A stretch of DNA of 64,000 nucleotides from a virus, in IMG/VR virus record IMGVR_UViG_3300020045_010841, positions 32,001-96,000 of that record; one strand, 5' to 3'. Numbering within the stretch: position 1 is the first letter of the stretch; each line of letters begins with the position of its first letter. Below the pieces are notes generated by a model, which was not told where the DNA came from, did no database searches, and saw only the letters and a list, made by a program, of their open reading frames with translations. The position numbers were made by a program, and so were the translations under genes. Positions 8,352 to 17,720 of this stretch are shown piece by piece.

Positions 8352-11255
8352 TTATTCAAATATCTCTTTATTTTCTCTACTAAATTTACGCATCATAGTA
8401 CCAGCGGTAGAGTTAGCTTCGTTCTCCCATTCATCGCCATCTTTACCAGCCCCAAGCTCTAATCTATCTTCTAAATCTTGTTTCAAATGGACCATTTCAT
8501 GGAACATACTACGAGTAATATCAGCTAAATTACGATTATTAGTAACTACTCTTATGCTTTTATCATGGGGAGAATAACCACCAAAAGATGAATATTCTTT
8601 AGTATACTCGGGATTATTAATTAATATAATATTAGGTTTTGGAACATCCAAATATTCCATAGCATATTTTACTGCTTTATCTAAAATAGGAGCATGTTGT
8701 TTTTGAAATACTTCTTTTAATCCTTCTGGAGTTGATTTTTTAATTCTACCTTGAATTTTATCCCAATCAATTACATGACTTTCATAATTTGGACTCAAAA
8801 AATGAGCATAATCCCAAGGACCTGATGGGAGTTCTTTTTGAAATCGACCCATGTATTTTCCTTTTACCCAATCATCTGTTCCAAACTCATCTACAAGGTA
8901 TTCTTTTCCTATTATAGGAACATTAGGTTTATTTACTTTTATTTCGCCCAACGTTTGTTTTAATGATTCTTTAATAACTTCTTCTACATCATTATAGGGT
9001 TCAATATTAGGTAAAATATCTGAAATATATTGTTCCACATTTATTTCTTTACCTTTGTATTGTGATTTAATTTGGGGGTATTTTTCTTGTAAATGTTGTA
9101 TAATTTTTAATACACGAGTATTATCACCTACTTTATCTAAAAATACAACAATTTCTTTTATATAATTTTGTGCATTAGGAATTTCTGTTTTAGTACCTAA
9201 ATTAACTCGCTCTTCCGCTTCATCTAAATGAGAATTGTTAGTTGTTTTTGTATTAATAACATTTCCATAATAGGAGAATGGTTGGATTTTGAAATTTTGA
9301 GATAATTTATTCCCATCTATTGTAATTCTAGCTAATGAACCAGTTACTTTTGGATCTTTTTTCCATAAATCCTTGTTTCTAGTCATTGAGAAATAATTAA
9401 CATCTTCTATTCCTTTATCTTTATAATCAGATTCTTTTTTCCTAAATGAACGAAAGTCAGGACTATATTTATCAACTTCTGTTTTAGAAGACTTAAAAAC
9501 ATTATCATATAATATACCTTGCAATCCATTATAGCTAGTAAAATGATATAAATCCCCATAATTTTTAGCTTCATCTATATGAGCAGGAGTTCGTTTCTCC
9601 ATCCCATTTGCTATATTAATTAATTGAGGAAGTGTATTTGTTTCTTTTATTCTCTCATAAAAGCGCGGAATGTTATCAGTCATCATATCATACCCAAATT
9701 TTTCTAAAATATCACTAAATTCAACTTGATTTTTAACAGAATGAATTAAATCTTCAAAATCTTGGTAAGGAATTATACCAGGCTTATTAACTTTTATTTC
9801 TTCTATACTAGCTAATTTATCGTAATATTTAGGATCTTCATAAATATGATCCATAGCTATTTCTTTTGCAACAGCTCGAGAAGTAGTATGTTCCATTTCA
9901 ACTTTTATTCCCTTAAATAATTGTGATGATAATTTAGATTTAGTTGTTGAGTGTTTTTTAGCTAAATCATCTAATGTCATACCAGAAGATAAACCACCGG
10001 GTATTTTTTCTTCATTTAAATCTAGTTTAACTTTAGATAAATCAACGCTTGACATAAGTGATGTTATTTCCTTAGTATAGTGTTTTATCTCTTTTGATAC
10101 TTCTGAAGTTGGGAGGCTCATAGATTCAGGAACACCCATAGGATTATTTTTTCCTAGATATATAACATTATTTGATATTCTTTCATTTTGAAAATACAAC
10201 TCCCCTTCATATAAATCTTCATCAAGTTTGTTAGGTGATTTAAATAATAAAGGTTTTGATGGATTATTTACTTTTACTTCATTCATATCTTCCTCAGGTT
10301 GAGCCCAAAATCTTTTTTCATATCCTGGTTCTAATAATAAAACAATTGGGTACCATTTTTTGTCATTCCATATTGTCTCAGTATCATTAATCAATGAACC
10401 ATCAAACCAGGTGTATCCATCTTTTTCAAGAATATTAAAATATCTTATTCCATTTTGTAAATCTTTTATATGGAGAGGGAATTTAATAGTTGGATTATTT
10501 ACTTTTACTTCATTTAAATCAGTAATAGCTAATAATTTATTTGATTTTTTATATAATATAATTTTTGAAGGAAAATCATAAAGTTCTGGTGTTTCTCCAT
10601 ATAACCATTTATATCCTAATAATTCTATTTTTTCTTTTATTTTATACCAATCATTAATATCATTTAATGTTATAGGAAATTCAATATTATTTGGATTATT
10701 TACTTTTACTTCATGTAATTGAAAATTTAATAAAAATTCATTTACTGTTATTCCTTCTGGTATTAACGATTTTATTGCTAATCTATTTCGTTTAGCTATT
10801 GCTTCACGCAAGGAAGTTGCAGATAAATTTTCATAATTACCGGCATCTATTATATCAACATTAAAATACTTTTCTCTATTTTCATTTATAGAATTAAATC
10901 TATCTTGTTCCCCTTTACCATATACTACAAGATAATTTTGAGATTTATCTTTAACTATGTTATATATTTCTGTTATGGGGGATTTGGATTCAGATATAGA
11001 AATTATTACATTTTGGGGTAAAACCTTTTTATATTGATTCCATACTTTTAATAATACTTCAGGAGTATATCCTTCACGTATATTATTTGAAATAATAATA
11101 TGAACGGAATCAGCAACTAAAGAAGCACGTCGAACAACTTCGACGTGACCTTTATGTGGAGGAGAAAACGATCCTGGGAAAAGTGCAACTAGTGGGGCAT
11201 TTTCTGCTATTAATTTATTTGATATTTTTTCTCCTATTTGTGTTCCTAAATCCAT
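8352..11255 (-). CDS. Multidomain polyprotein: HxGH nucleotidyltransferase, repeated small modules, DUF5661-like, ART-like and HExxH peptidase-like domains
   Basis: PGSFSPPHKGH..SATSLR; GIKVEMEHT..AMDHIYEDPKYY; LYHFT..SMTRN..EAEER; FHEMVH; five E[VI]KVN[NK]P junctions. Confidence 0.7.
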   Translation of the reverse strand: MDLGTQIGEKISNKLIAENAPLVALFPGSFSPPHKGHVEVVRRASLVADSVHIIISNNIREGYTPEVLLKVWNQYKKVLPQNVIISISESKSPITEIYNIVKDKSQNYLVVYGKGEQDRFNSINENREKYFNVDIIDAGNYENLSATSLREAIAKRNRLAIKSLIPEGITVNEFLLNFQLHEVKVNNPNNIEFPITLNDINDWYKIKEKIELLGYKWLYGETPELYDFPSKIILYKKSNKLLAITDLNEVKVNNPTIKFPLHIKDLQNGIRYFNILEKDGYTWFDGSLINDTETIWNDKKWYPIVLLLEPGYEKRFWAQPEEDMNEVKVNNPSKPLLFKSPNKLDEDLYEGELYFQNERISNNVIYLGKNNPMGVPESMSLPTSEVSKEIKHYTKEITSLMSSVDLSKVKLDLNEEKIPGGLSSGMTLDDLAKKHSTTKSKLSSQLFKGIKVEMEHTTSRAVAKEIAMDHIYEDPKYYDKLASIEEIKVNKPGIIPYQDFEDLIHSVKNQVEFSDILEKFGYDMMTDNIPRFYERIKETNTLPQLINIANGMEKRTPAHIDEAKNYGDLYHFTSYNGLQGILYDNVFKSSKTEVDKYSPDFRSFRKKESDYKDKGIEDVNYFSMTRNKDLWKKDPKVTGSLARITIDGNKLSQNFKIQPFSYYGNVINTKTTNNSHLDEAEERVNLGTKTEIPNAQNYIKEIVVFLDKVGDNTRVLKIIQHLQEKYPQIKSQYKGKEINVEQYISDILPNIEPYNDVEEVIKESLKQTLGEIKVNKPNVPIIGKEYLVDEFGTDDWVKGKYMGRFQKELPSGPWDYAHFLSPNYESHVIDWDKIQGRIKKSTPEGLKEVFQKQHAPILDKAVKYAMEYLDVPKPNIILINNPEYTKEYSSFGGYSPHDKSIRVVTNNRNLADITRSMFHEMVHLKQDLEDRLELGAGKDGDEWENEANSTAGTMMRKFSRENKEIFE

Positions 11256-11956
11256 TCTTTTATATGTAATTTTATATCATCAATTTCTATACTATTTTGT
11301 GATAAGAAATTTTTTAATTTTGTTAATTCAAGCCATTTAAAATCTACATTTTCACAAATTTCATTAAATTTTTTCTCTTTAATAAGTATTTGTTCCACTG
11401 TATATTCTGTTATTTCTTTTCGGAAAGTAGATGGATATTCTTTATAATCTTTTTCTAAATAATTAACCAAACAATCATATTCTAATAATATTGTTCCTTC
11501 TTCCTCAGTATATTCTGTCTCGTACACATAAATATTATCTTTTCCAAACATATTTATATAATCGTCTATTTGTGAATATACTTTTAACCACAAATCTAAT
11601 AGTACTTGTTTTGGCAAACGTCTTTCACGAGAAAAATTGCGTTTAAACGCAATAATTGGATTACAATATACTATCACGGCTTTAAATTGATATTGTTTAC
11701 TATCAATGGTTTTACGCAGAGTATTTAGGTTAGCACCGGTGGTATCTAATATAAAATTTCTTTTATCTCCCATTAATGAGGGTAAATATTCATCATAAAT
11801 ATATTTAGCAGCTTTTAATGGATTATTATAACAGCTACTTAATTTTTCCTCTACTAATAAATCTGGATTAACAATATCGTACCATATATTTAATTCTTTA
11901 ATTAATGTGCTTTTACCTGATGCAGGCGCTCCTAATATTATTATACCTTTATTCAT
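11246..11956 (-). CDS. P-loop kinase (PNK/zeta-toxin-like)
   Basis: Walker A GAPASGKST, VNPD, FILDTT, RNFSRER lid. Confidence 0.8.
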   Translation of the reverse strand: MNKGIIILGAPASGKSTLIKELNIWYDIVNPDLLVEEKLSSCYNNPLKAAKYIYDEYLPSLMGDKRNFILDTTGANLNTLRKTIDSKQYQFKAVIVYCNPIIAFKRNFSRERRLPKQVLLDLWLKVYSQIDDYINMFGKDNIYVYETEYTEEEGTILLEYDCLVNYLEKDYKEYPSTFRKEITEYTVEQILIKEKKFNEICENVDFKWLELTKLKNFLSQNSIEIDDIKLHIKEWI

Positions 11957-12099
11957 TATATATCGATTAATGAGATATGATCTATTGTTATTATATTAAT
12001 ATTAGTTCTGTAAAAACCATGATCTTTTTTATATTGTCTTAACCATTCTTTTTTATCTAATTCTTTTTTAACCTTAATTATGGGATTATTTACTTTCAT
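11956..12099 (-). CDS. Small protein starting MKVNNP (47 aa)
   Basis: Hand-translated MKVNNPIIKVKKE..LIDI; stop overlaps kinase ATG. Confidence 0.6.
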   Translation of the reverse strand: MKVNNPIIKVKKELDKKEWLRQYKKDHGFYRTNINIITIDHISLIDI

Positions 12100-12235
12100 T
12101 TCCTAGATATTTAGAGGGAATACCCGCTATTTTATATAATTCTTCTTTTATATAAGTACCTAATGCAATTCTATTAGATAATTGTTCTAAAGCTAATTTT
12201 TGTTTAGCTATATTTACAGGATTATTTACTTTCAT
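12086..12235 (-). CDS. Small protein starting MKVNNP (49 aa)
   Basis: Hand-translated MKVNNPVNIAKQK..GNESK; promoter motif at ~12253. Confidence 0.6.
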   Translation of the reverse strand: MKVNNPVNIAKQKLALEQLSNRIALGTYIKEELYKIAGIPSKYLGNESK

Positions 12236-12297
12236 AACTTTTATTTTAAGGTGTAAATATACAAAAGGCTTCTTACGAAGCCTAATATAGATTTTAA

Positions 12298-13074
12298 TTA
12301 TTGTTTGCGGGAAACCACTGTTGGAAATGAAAAATGTATTGGTTCGCTTTTTGGATTTTCAATATCGAATATAATTCTTAATGCTTTATAAATTTCAATA
12401 TTTTTTTCATGTTTACGATTCGGTTCTATAAGCTCCCATCCCTTACCTTTAATCTTTTTACCTGTTTTATCTTCACCTCTTGAACCTGATTTTAGCCAAA
12501 GTATACCAGTTTTGGCTACTTTCTTTTGGAAACATTCTTCATAACAAGCTTTATATAAGGATGTTTGAATTTCGTATGTTGATACTACTTGATTTGATGT
12601 TTTTAAATCTATAATCCATATTTCTCCATCAATTTCACAAACTATATCACATGTACCAGCAATTTTTAAAACATCAGAGAATAAATGGACTTCTGCTTCT
12701 ATTAAAGTGGGTTTAAATAATTCCCAAAATTCAACAAAATTAAGAAACATTTTCCATATATCTGGAGTGTATAATGGTTGTTGTTTTGAGTCTAAAAAGT
12801 GTAATTCTTCCCCCTTAAGATATCTCTCACATAAATCATGAACTATGGTTCCATCATCTGCCGCGCGTTGGGCTAGTACTTTTGAATTAAAACCATATTT
12901 CATTAACCATTCATCAAAATGTTTTCCTTTAGGATATATTCCTAATACGAAAGTAATTGATGGATAATACTTTCCATGTCGTCTATAATAACGAGAATCT
13001 AAATTCGTTATTTGTAAAGCGTCTTCTGATAATTCTAATAATCTAGTGTATTTTTTATTTTTTAATTTTAACAT
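12298..13074 (-). CDS. PD-(D/E)xK exonuclease
   Basis: YPSIT, GTIVH, AGTCD..IIDLKTS, Q..LY motifs. Confidence 0.85.
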   Translation of the reverse strand: MLKLKNKKYTRLLELSEDALQITNLDSRYYRRHGKYYPSITFVLGIYPKGKHFDEWLMKYGFNSKVLAQRAADDGTIVHDLCERYLKGEELHFLDSKQQPLYTPDIWKMFLNFVEFWELFKPTLIEAEVHLFSDVLKIAGTCDIVCEIDGEIWIIDLKTSNQVVSTYEIQTSLYKACYEECFQKKVAKTGILWLKSGSRGEDKTGKKIKGKGWELIEPNRKHEKNIEIYKALRIIFDIENPKSEPIHFSFPTVVSRKQ

Positions 13075-14006
13075 AGTTCTAATTTAAGCTTCACCAAATC
13101 ACCAAAGGTAAATGGCTGTAAATGTTCTACAATTTTATTATAGGCTTCAAATCCTATTTCAGATGGATCTTTTCCCCCCAATCTTACTACATAAACTTTT
13201 TTACCTAAGTGGATTAATTCTTCGGCTATTTTTAATGTACTTTTTAATGCATCTTCATCCAAAGCCAAAAATATGGATTTTACTTTATTTAACATCAATG
13301 TTTTTTGTAATTTTTTTGATATGCTTTTACCAAATAAAGGTATTGCATTCCTTTTTATTGCAATACTATCAAATGCTCCTTCACATATAGTTATAGGTAA
13401 ATCAAAATTAATCAATGATTCAAACCCAACAATATTTTTATCAGACACGGGAGCGTCAAACTTACGATATGGATCTTTCTCAAATGAACGGGCAATAAAA
13501 TATTCTAATACGCCTTCTTTATTATATGTGGGTATAATTATTTTATTTTTATATTTTCCCGTTTCACAAAATCCAATATTATGTTTTATTATATCTTCAA
13601 ATGATATTCCTCTATCTTTAATTAAATACTTTAAGGCATGTTTTGATATAATATTTGTTTTAGATAAAGATATAAATGGTTGGAATTCTTGAGGTAATTC
13701 TATTTTTATTTCTTGATGTATATAATCTGTTTTATATGTAGTACCTAATATTGAATTAAGTTCCTCATATTTATTACTATTTACTTTTAATGAATAAAAA
13801 AGTGATTTTAACGTGAGTCCTTTAAAATTAGTACAAGTCCAACAATGGTATGGATTTTGAGATTTTGTATTAGTTATCATATTGACTTCTAATTTACGTC
13901 CGGAATGTTTGCAAATAGGACAAACAAAGGCATAATTTCCTTTACTTGCAGGAACACCTTTTCCTAGAATGGATTCTACTAAACAAAGGAGTATGTTATC
14001 TATCAT
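13068..14006 (-). CDS. DNA primase (zinc finger plus TOPRIM)
   Basis: CPIC..HCWTC zinc finger; ICEGAFD; LALDEDA; KDPSE. Confidence 0.88.
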   Translation of the reverse strand: MIDNILLCLVESILGKGVPASKGNYAFVCPICKHSGRKLEVNMITNTKSQNPYHCWTCTNFKGLTLKSLFYSLKVNSNKYEELNSILGTTYKTDYIHQEIKIELPQEFQPFISLSKTNIISKHALKYLIKDRGISFEDIIKHNIGFCETGKYKNKIIIPTYNKEGVLEYFIARSFEKDPYRKFDAPVSDKNIVGFESLINFDLPITICEGAFDSIAIKRNAIPLFGKSISKKLQKTLMLNKVKSIFLALDEDALKSTLKIAEELIHLGKKVYVVRLGGKDPSEIGFEAYNKIVEHLQPFTFGDLVKLKLELC

Positions 14007-14217
14007 AACTATTTTATATTTTTAACATCAAATAATTCATCAAATTGAGATGATGTAAATCTCTTTAGTTCTTTATAAAAATTATAAGCTTGGTCTATAT
14101 TTTCGAAATAAGACATAGTTATAGGTTCTTCTGTATTCTTATTAAATATACCAAAACGTTCCATAATTTATTTTTGTTGGAAATATACAAAAAGCCTCTT
14201 AAGAGGCCTAATATTAT

Positions 14218-14658
14218 TTATAAAAAATCTTTACGGTGATACTTTCCAAGGATATTATGATTAAAGGTATCAGTTAATAATACATTATAAGCAAATTGGT
14301 ATTGGGCTTCATAATATGTTAGTTGTTTTGAATTATATGCTAGTTGTATTATTATTCGTTCAAATTTATCTAAACCTTGTTTTTTAATTTCTTCATTTAA
14401 TTCTTTTGAACTTCCCCAATATGTCTTCCAATCTGATTCTGTTATTACTCTTTTTGTAGTTGGTCTTCTTCCTGGTTTAATTTCAATTAATGCTAATTCT
14501 TTTTTTCCAAGTTTCTTCTTTCTATCAAATTCTAGTTGTTTTTTACCAATATATATTTTTTTAGTTTCCTTATGGGTTATCATATAAATAAACCCATATG
14601 CTGATTCAAAATCACTTAATTCTTTGTACTCTTTTCCTTGTAAATCTATCCAATTCAT
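14218..14658 (-). CDS. GIY-YIG-like (Seg-like) endonuclease
   Basis: YGFIYMIT..KIYIGKK, ESDWKTYWGSS, terminal N..I. Confidence 0.7.
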   Translation of the reverse strand: MNWIDLQGKEYKELSDFESAYGFIYMITHKETKKIYIGKKQLEFDRKKKLGKKELALIEIKPGRRPTTKRVITESDWKTYWGSSKELNEEIKKQGLDKFERIIIQLAYNSKQLTYYEAQYQFAYNVLLTDTFNHNILGKYHRKDFL

Positions 14659-14679
14659 ATATTATTTTTAATATAAATA

Positions 14680-14955
14680 TTACATATCCAGTCTAACTAT
14701 TATACAAGTTTCAGTTGTTGATGATAATTTCAATGGTTGACCTAATTTAGCTACACATAATAATTCATTAGAATCGTTATATAAACCCACTGTTGTTATA
14801 TATGGTTGAAAATTTTCATCCACGAATGATTTATAATCACCCAATGAACCAGTTTGTAATGTTGGGTTTTGTGAATAATTAAATTCATTTTCTCTTATAT
14901 TACATCTAATTTCATTTTCATATATTATATGACTATTTTTAAATTTTATTTTCAT
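14680..14955 (-). CDS. Baseplate/tail protein C-terminal fragment
   Basis: NEFNYSQNP..YITTVGLYNDSNELLCVAKL, paralogous to the C-terminus of 17721..18725. Confidence 0.7.
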   Translation of the reverse strand: MKIKFKNSHIIYENEIRCNIRENEFNYSQNPTLQTGSLGDYKSFVDENFQPYITTVGLYNDSNELLCVAKLGQPLKLSSTTETCIIVRLDM

Positions 14956-14965
14956 ATATTAAATA

Positions 14966-15751
14966 TTAACATGGACTACCTTCAGGATATACATTAATTA
15001 TAACTCCAGCACTTAATTCATATACAGTAGTTCCATATTTTATCCAAGTATAAGGTACTGGGAAAGAAAATAATGAATCATGATATAAATGAGTCCCTAT
15101 ATATAATATAGATGATGGGGAATATACTACTCTTGATACAGGACCATCTATTGTTATTTCTCCTCCAAGACAACCTAAATCTCCTTCTTGTATATCATAA
15201 GTATAATAAGATGATGGTGGGGCACATACCGCATCTAATACAGACGAATATGAAGATTCTCCTGAACCATCACATATATTTTTTACTCTAAAATATACCG
15301 GAGAATATTGATTCATAGGTAATGGACTTAATGCTCCTGAACCAGATGAAATGTTTATTGTTACAAAATTAGTAGTCCCAGTATTAGATATTAATGAAGA
15401 TCCAGTAGGTCCACTAAATGTGTTACTTAAACTATATTCTATTTTACTTTGTGGTATATTTAATGATGAACTATTTATATTGTACCTCACATCATAATTA
15501 TAATCGAAAGATGAACAGTTTGATACATTAGAAAACATAATTGAAGGGGTTACACAAAATCCCGCTACAGGACAACTAATAGGATCAAATATACTATAAT
15601 AATAATTAATACCACATATTGATTCCGATATGTAGTTTGAACTCGAATTGAATGTTATTACAAAAGTTGGATTAACCTCTGAACCTGAATTAGGGCCAGA
15701 TGTAAATACTTGTGTTACATATGGGTTTATTAAATTACCTGTGTTTGCCAT
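14966..15751 (-). CDS. Ser/Cys-rich virion (tail fibre-associated) protein, FN3-like part
   Basis: VYFRVKNIC..SSYS FN3-like strand; located in the structural module. Confidence 0.5.
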   Translation of the reverse strand: MANTGNLINPYVTQVFTSGPNSGSEVNPTFVITFNSSSNYISESICGINYYYSIFDPISCPVAGFCVTPSIMFSNVSNCSSFDYNYDVRYNINSSSLNIPQSKIEYSLSNTFSGPTGSSLISNTGTTNFVTINISSGSGALSPLPMNQYSPVYFRVKNICDGSGESSYSSVLDAVCAPPSSYYTYDIQEGDLGCLGGEITIDGPVSRVVYSPSSILYIGTHLYHDSLFSFPVPYTWIKYGTTVYELSAGVIINVYPEGSPC

Positions 15752-15761
15752 AAAATTTTAT

Positions 15762-17684
15762 TTATATTATTTCACAATAGGAACCACTATATATGTTTTG
15801 TCTTCCGTATATTTCTTGATATATAGTTTTATAACATCCATTTGAATCAAAAATAGATGCAGTAACGAAAGTACTATTAAGACCAATATTTGATAATTCT
15901 ATATATGGGGTATTGGTTGAATATGTTCCATATGGAGATCTTACTATATATGAATATGGAGCAATACCTCCAGATACACTCATAGATATAACAGATTGAC
16001 ATTCTTGAGCATAACTAATACTTGAAGAAACCAACATATTAGGATATGGAGATAAATATATACTTGAAGTTTGAGAACAATATCCATCATATATTTGAAC
16101 TTCATAATTTCCTGCTTCTAATCCTACAGCATGTAATGATGAAGTAAATAAGAAGGATGATGAGTTTGGATATATTAATGTTATATCTATATTATTAGAA
16201 TAATTTCCTATAAATGAATCAATGTTTATACTTCCATTATTTGTAAAACATGATAATGATTGGGTTGCCAGAGTATAAGTAAATGGATCTAAATTTGATG
16301 CGGTAAAAGAAGAAGAAAAAATTCCCCCATTAATATCGTATACTAATATATCATGAGAACCAGAAGTAACCAGTGATGGTGTTGATATACTATGAGAAGG
16401 ACCTCCATCTATATTATAATATACCCCCTGAGATGAAGTAACATATAAAGTTCCTGCATTAGTATTACATGATGGAAGAGGAATAATATTTAATATATAT
16501 GTTGTTTGTTCATAAAAAGGATCAAATGACTGAGAAACAATATTGCCTAAATAATCCTTTACATATAAAGTATTTTTTGTTGTTGAAACACTCCCTGTTA
16601 TATAAATATTAGTAAATCCTGATACACTAATGTAATTAATGTTATCGAATGAATAATAATACACGGGAGTCCCCCCATTTATATTAAAACTATGACTAGT
16701 ATTAGTTATAGTATTATATTGGACTTTTTCTATATTAAAATTATCTATCGTTAATGGGTTTTGATATATATTTAATTTAATATAAGCTAAATTACTTATA
16801 TTACCAATTCCATCTTCTATCGTATATCCTAATCTATAATGTCCTGGTATATAAGCAGATTGACTATTAATTAAACTAATAGAACCCGTTGCATCTATAG
16901 AATAACTAGGGAAAGTATAACCATCTATATTAAATATTTGAGTGCTTCCATAGTTTAAACTATTACAATCTGAAAAATCATTACTTAATATATTATATCC
17001 ATATGAATGAGAAACATTTAAATAAGATAAATTATCATTAACTGCGGTTGGAGTAGGATTAAAAAAACATACGTAATCCCCATCAGTAATTACTATAATT
17101 CCTAAAGCATAGAATATATTACCAATATAAAATTCGCCGGGAATTCCTGAATTTATTGTCTCTCTATAATTTGGTTCTGTTGAATAATCAAATATGTTCC
17201 CCTCACCATCATCTCTTATATAATATAATGATTCAGATATTATCAATGTGTTGGGTTTTATATTATTTCCATATATATTTTTGTCTATAGATATTATATT
17301 AATTAAATTCCCTTTTATATTATCCGATATAGAACCGGTCATGTTGATAAGATTCCTTATATCAGTAGTATAAGGACCTTTATATAATGTGTTTTGTAAA
17401 TAATTATCAAAAGATGAAGAATATAAAAATTCTCCATCACTTTTAATATAATTTTCGTAAAATAAATGTTTAATAGAAGAAAACATAAGTCTTTTATACT
17501 CATTATTTGTAGTTAAATAATCATCTACAGAATTAAAAGTATCTTCTCCCAAAGGGAGATTTTCTCCAATATATGAAGTAACTCCACTATTTAAACTACC
17601 TATTTCAATATCAAATTGTTTGTTAGCTTCATATTGAGATATAGAAATATCAGCAGGAGAAATTTTTTTATATGCAAAACTCAT
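15762..17684 (-). CDS. Tail/baseplate protein with Ig-like/SprB-like repeats
   Basis: N-terminal DDGEGNI..IGNIFY domain; PTAVNDN; INGGTPVY, GLEAGNYEVQIYD, VSGGIAPYSY repeats. Confidence 0.6.
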   Translation of the reverse strand: MSFAYKKISPADISISQYEANKQFDIEIGSLNSGVTSYIGENLPLGEDTFNSVDDYLTTNNEYKRLMFSSIKHLFYENYIKSDGEFLYSSSFDNYLQNTLYKGPYTTDIRNLINMTGSISDNIKGNLINIISIDKNIYGNNIKPNTLIISESLYYIRDDGEGNIFDYSTEPNYRETINSGIPGEFYIGNIFYALGIIVITDGDYVCFFNPTPTAVNDNLSYLNVSHSYGYNILSNDFSDCNSLNYGSTQIFNIDGYTFPSYSIDATGSISLINSQSAYIPGHYRLGYTIEDGIGNISNLAYIKLNIYQNPLTIDNFNIEKVQYNTITNTSHSFNINGGTPVYYYSFDNINYISVSGFTNIYITGSVSTTKNTLYVKDYLGNIVSQSFDPFYEQTTYILNIIPLPSCNTNAGTLYVTSSQGVYYNIDGGPSHSISTPSLVTSGSHDILVYDINGGIFSSSFTASNLDPFTYTLATQSLSCFTNNGSINIDSFIGNYSNNIDITLIYPNSSSFLFTSSLHAVGLEAGNYEVQIYDGYCSQTSSIYLSPYPNMLVSSSISYAQECQSVISMSVSGGIAPYSYIVRSPYGTYSTNTPYIELSNIGLNSTFVTASIFDSNGCYKTIYQEIYGRQNIYSGSYCEII

Positions 17685-17720
17685 ATTATTTTATTAAAGA
17701 TTTATTACTGAGGATTAAAA

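Noticed and set aside
12298-13074. Cas4/CRISPR adaptation role for the PD-(D/E)xK nuclease
   Set aside because: No four-Cys Fe-S cluster pattern, and it is coupled to primase, which fits a replication/recombination exonuclease.
14966-17684. Diversity-generating retroelement target in tail genes
   Set aside because: No reverse transcriptase and no TR/VR repeat pair differing at adenines seen in the window.
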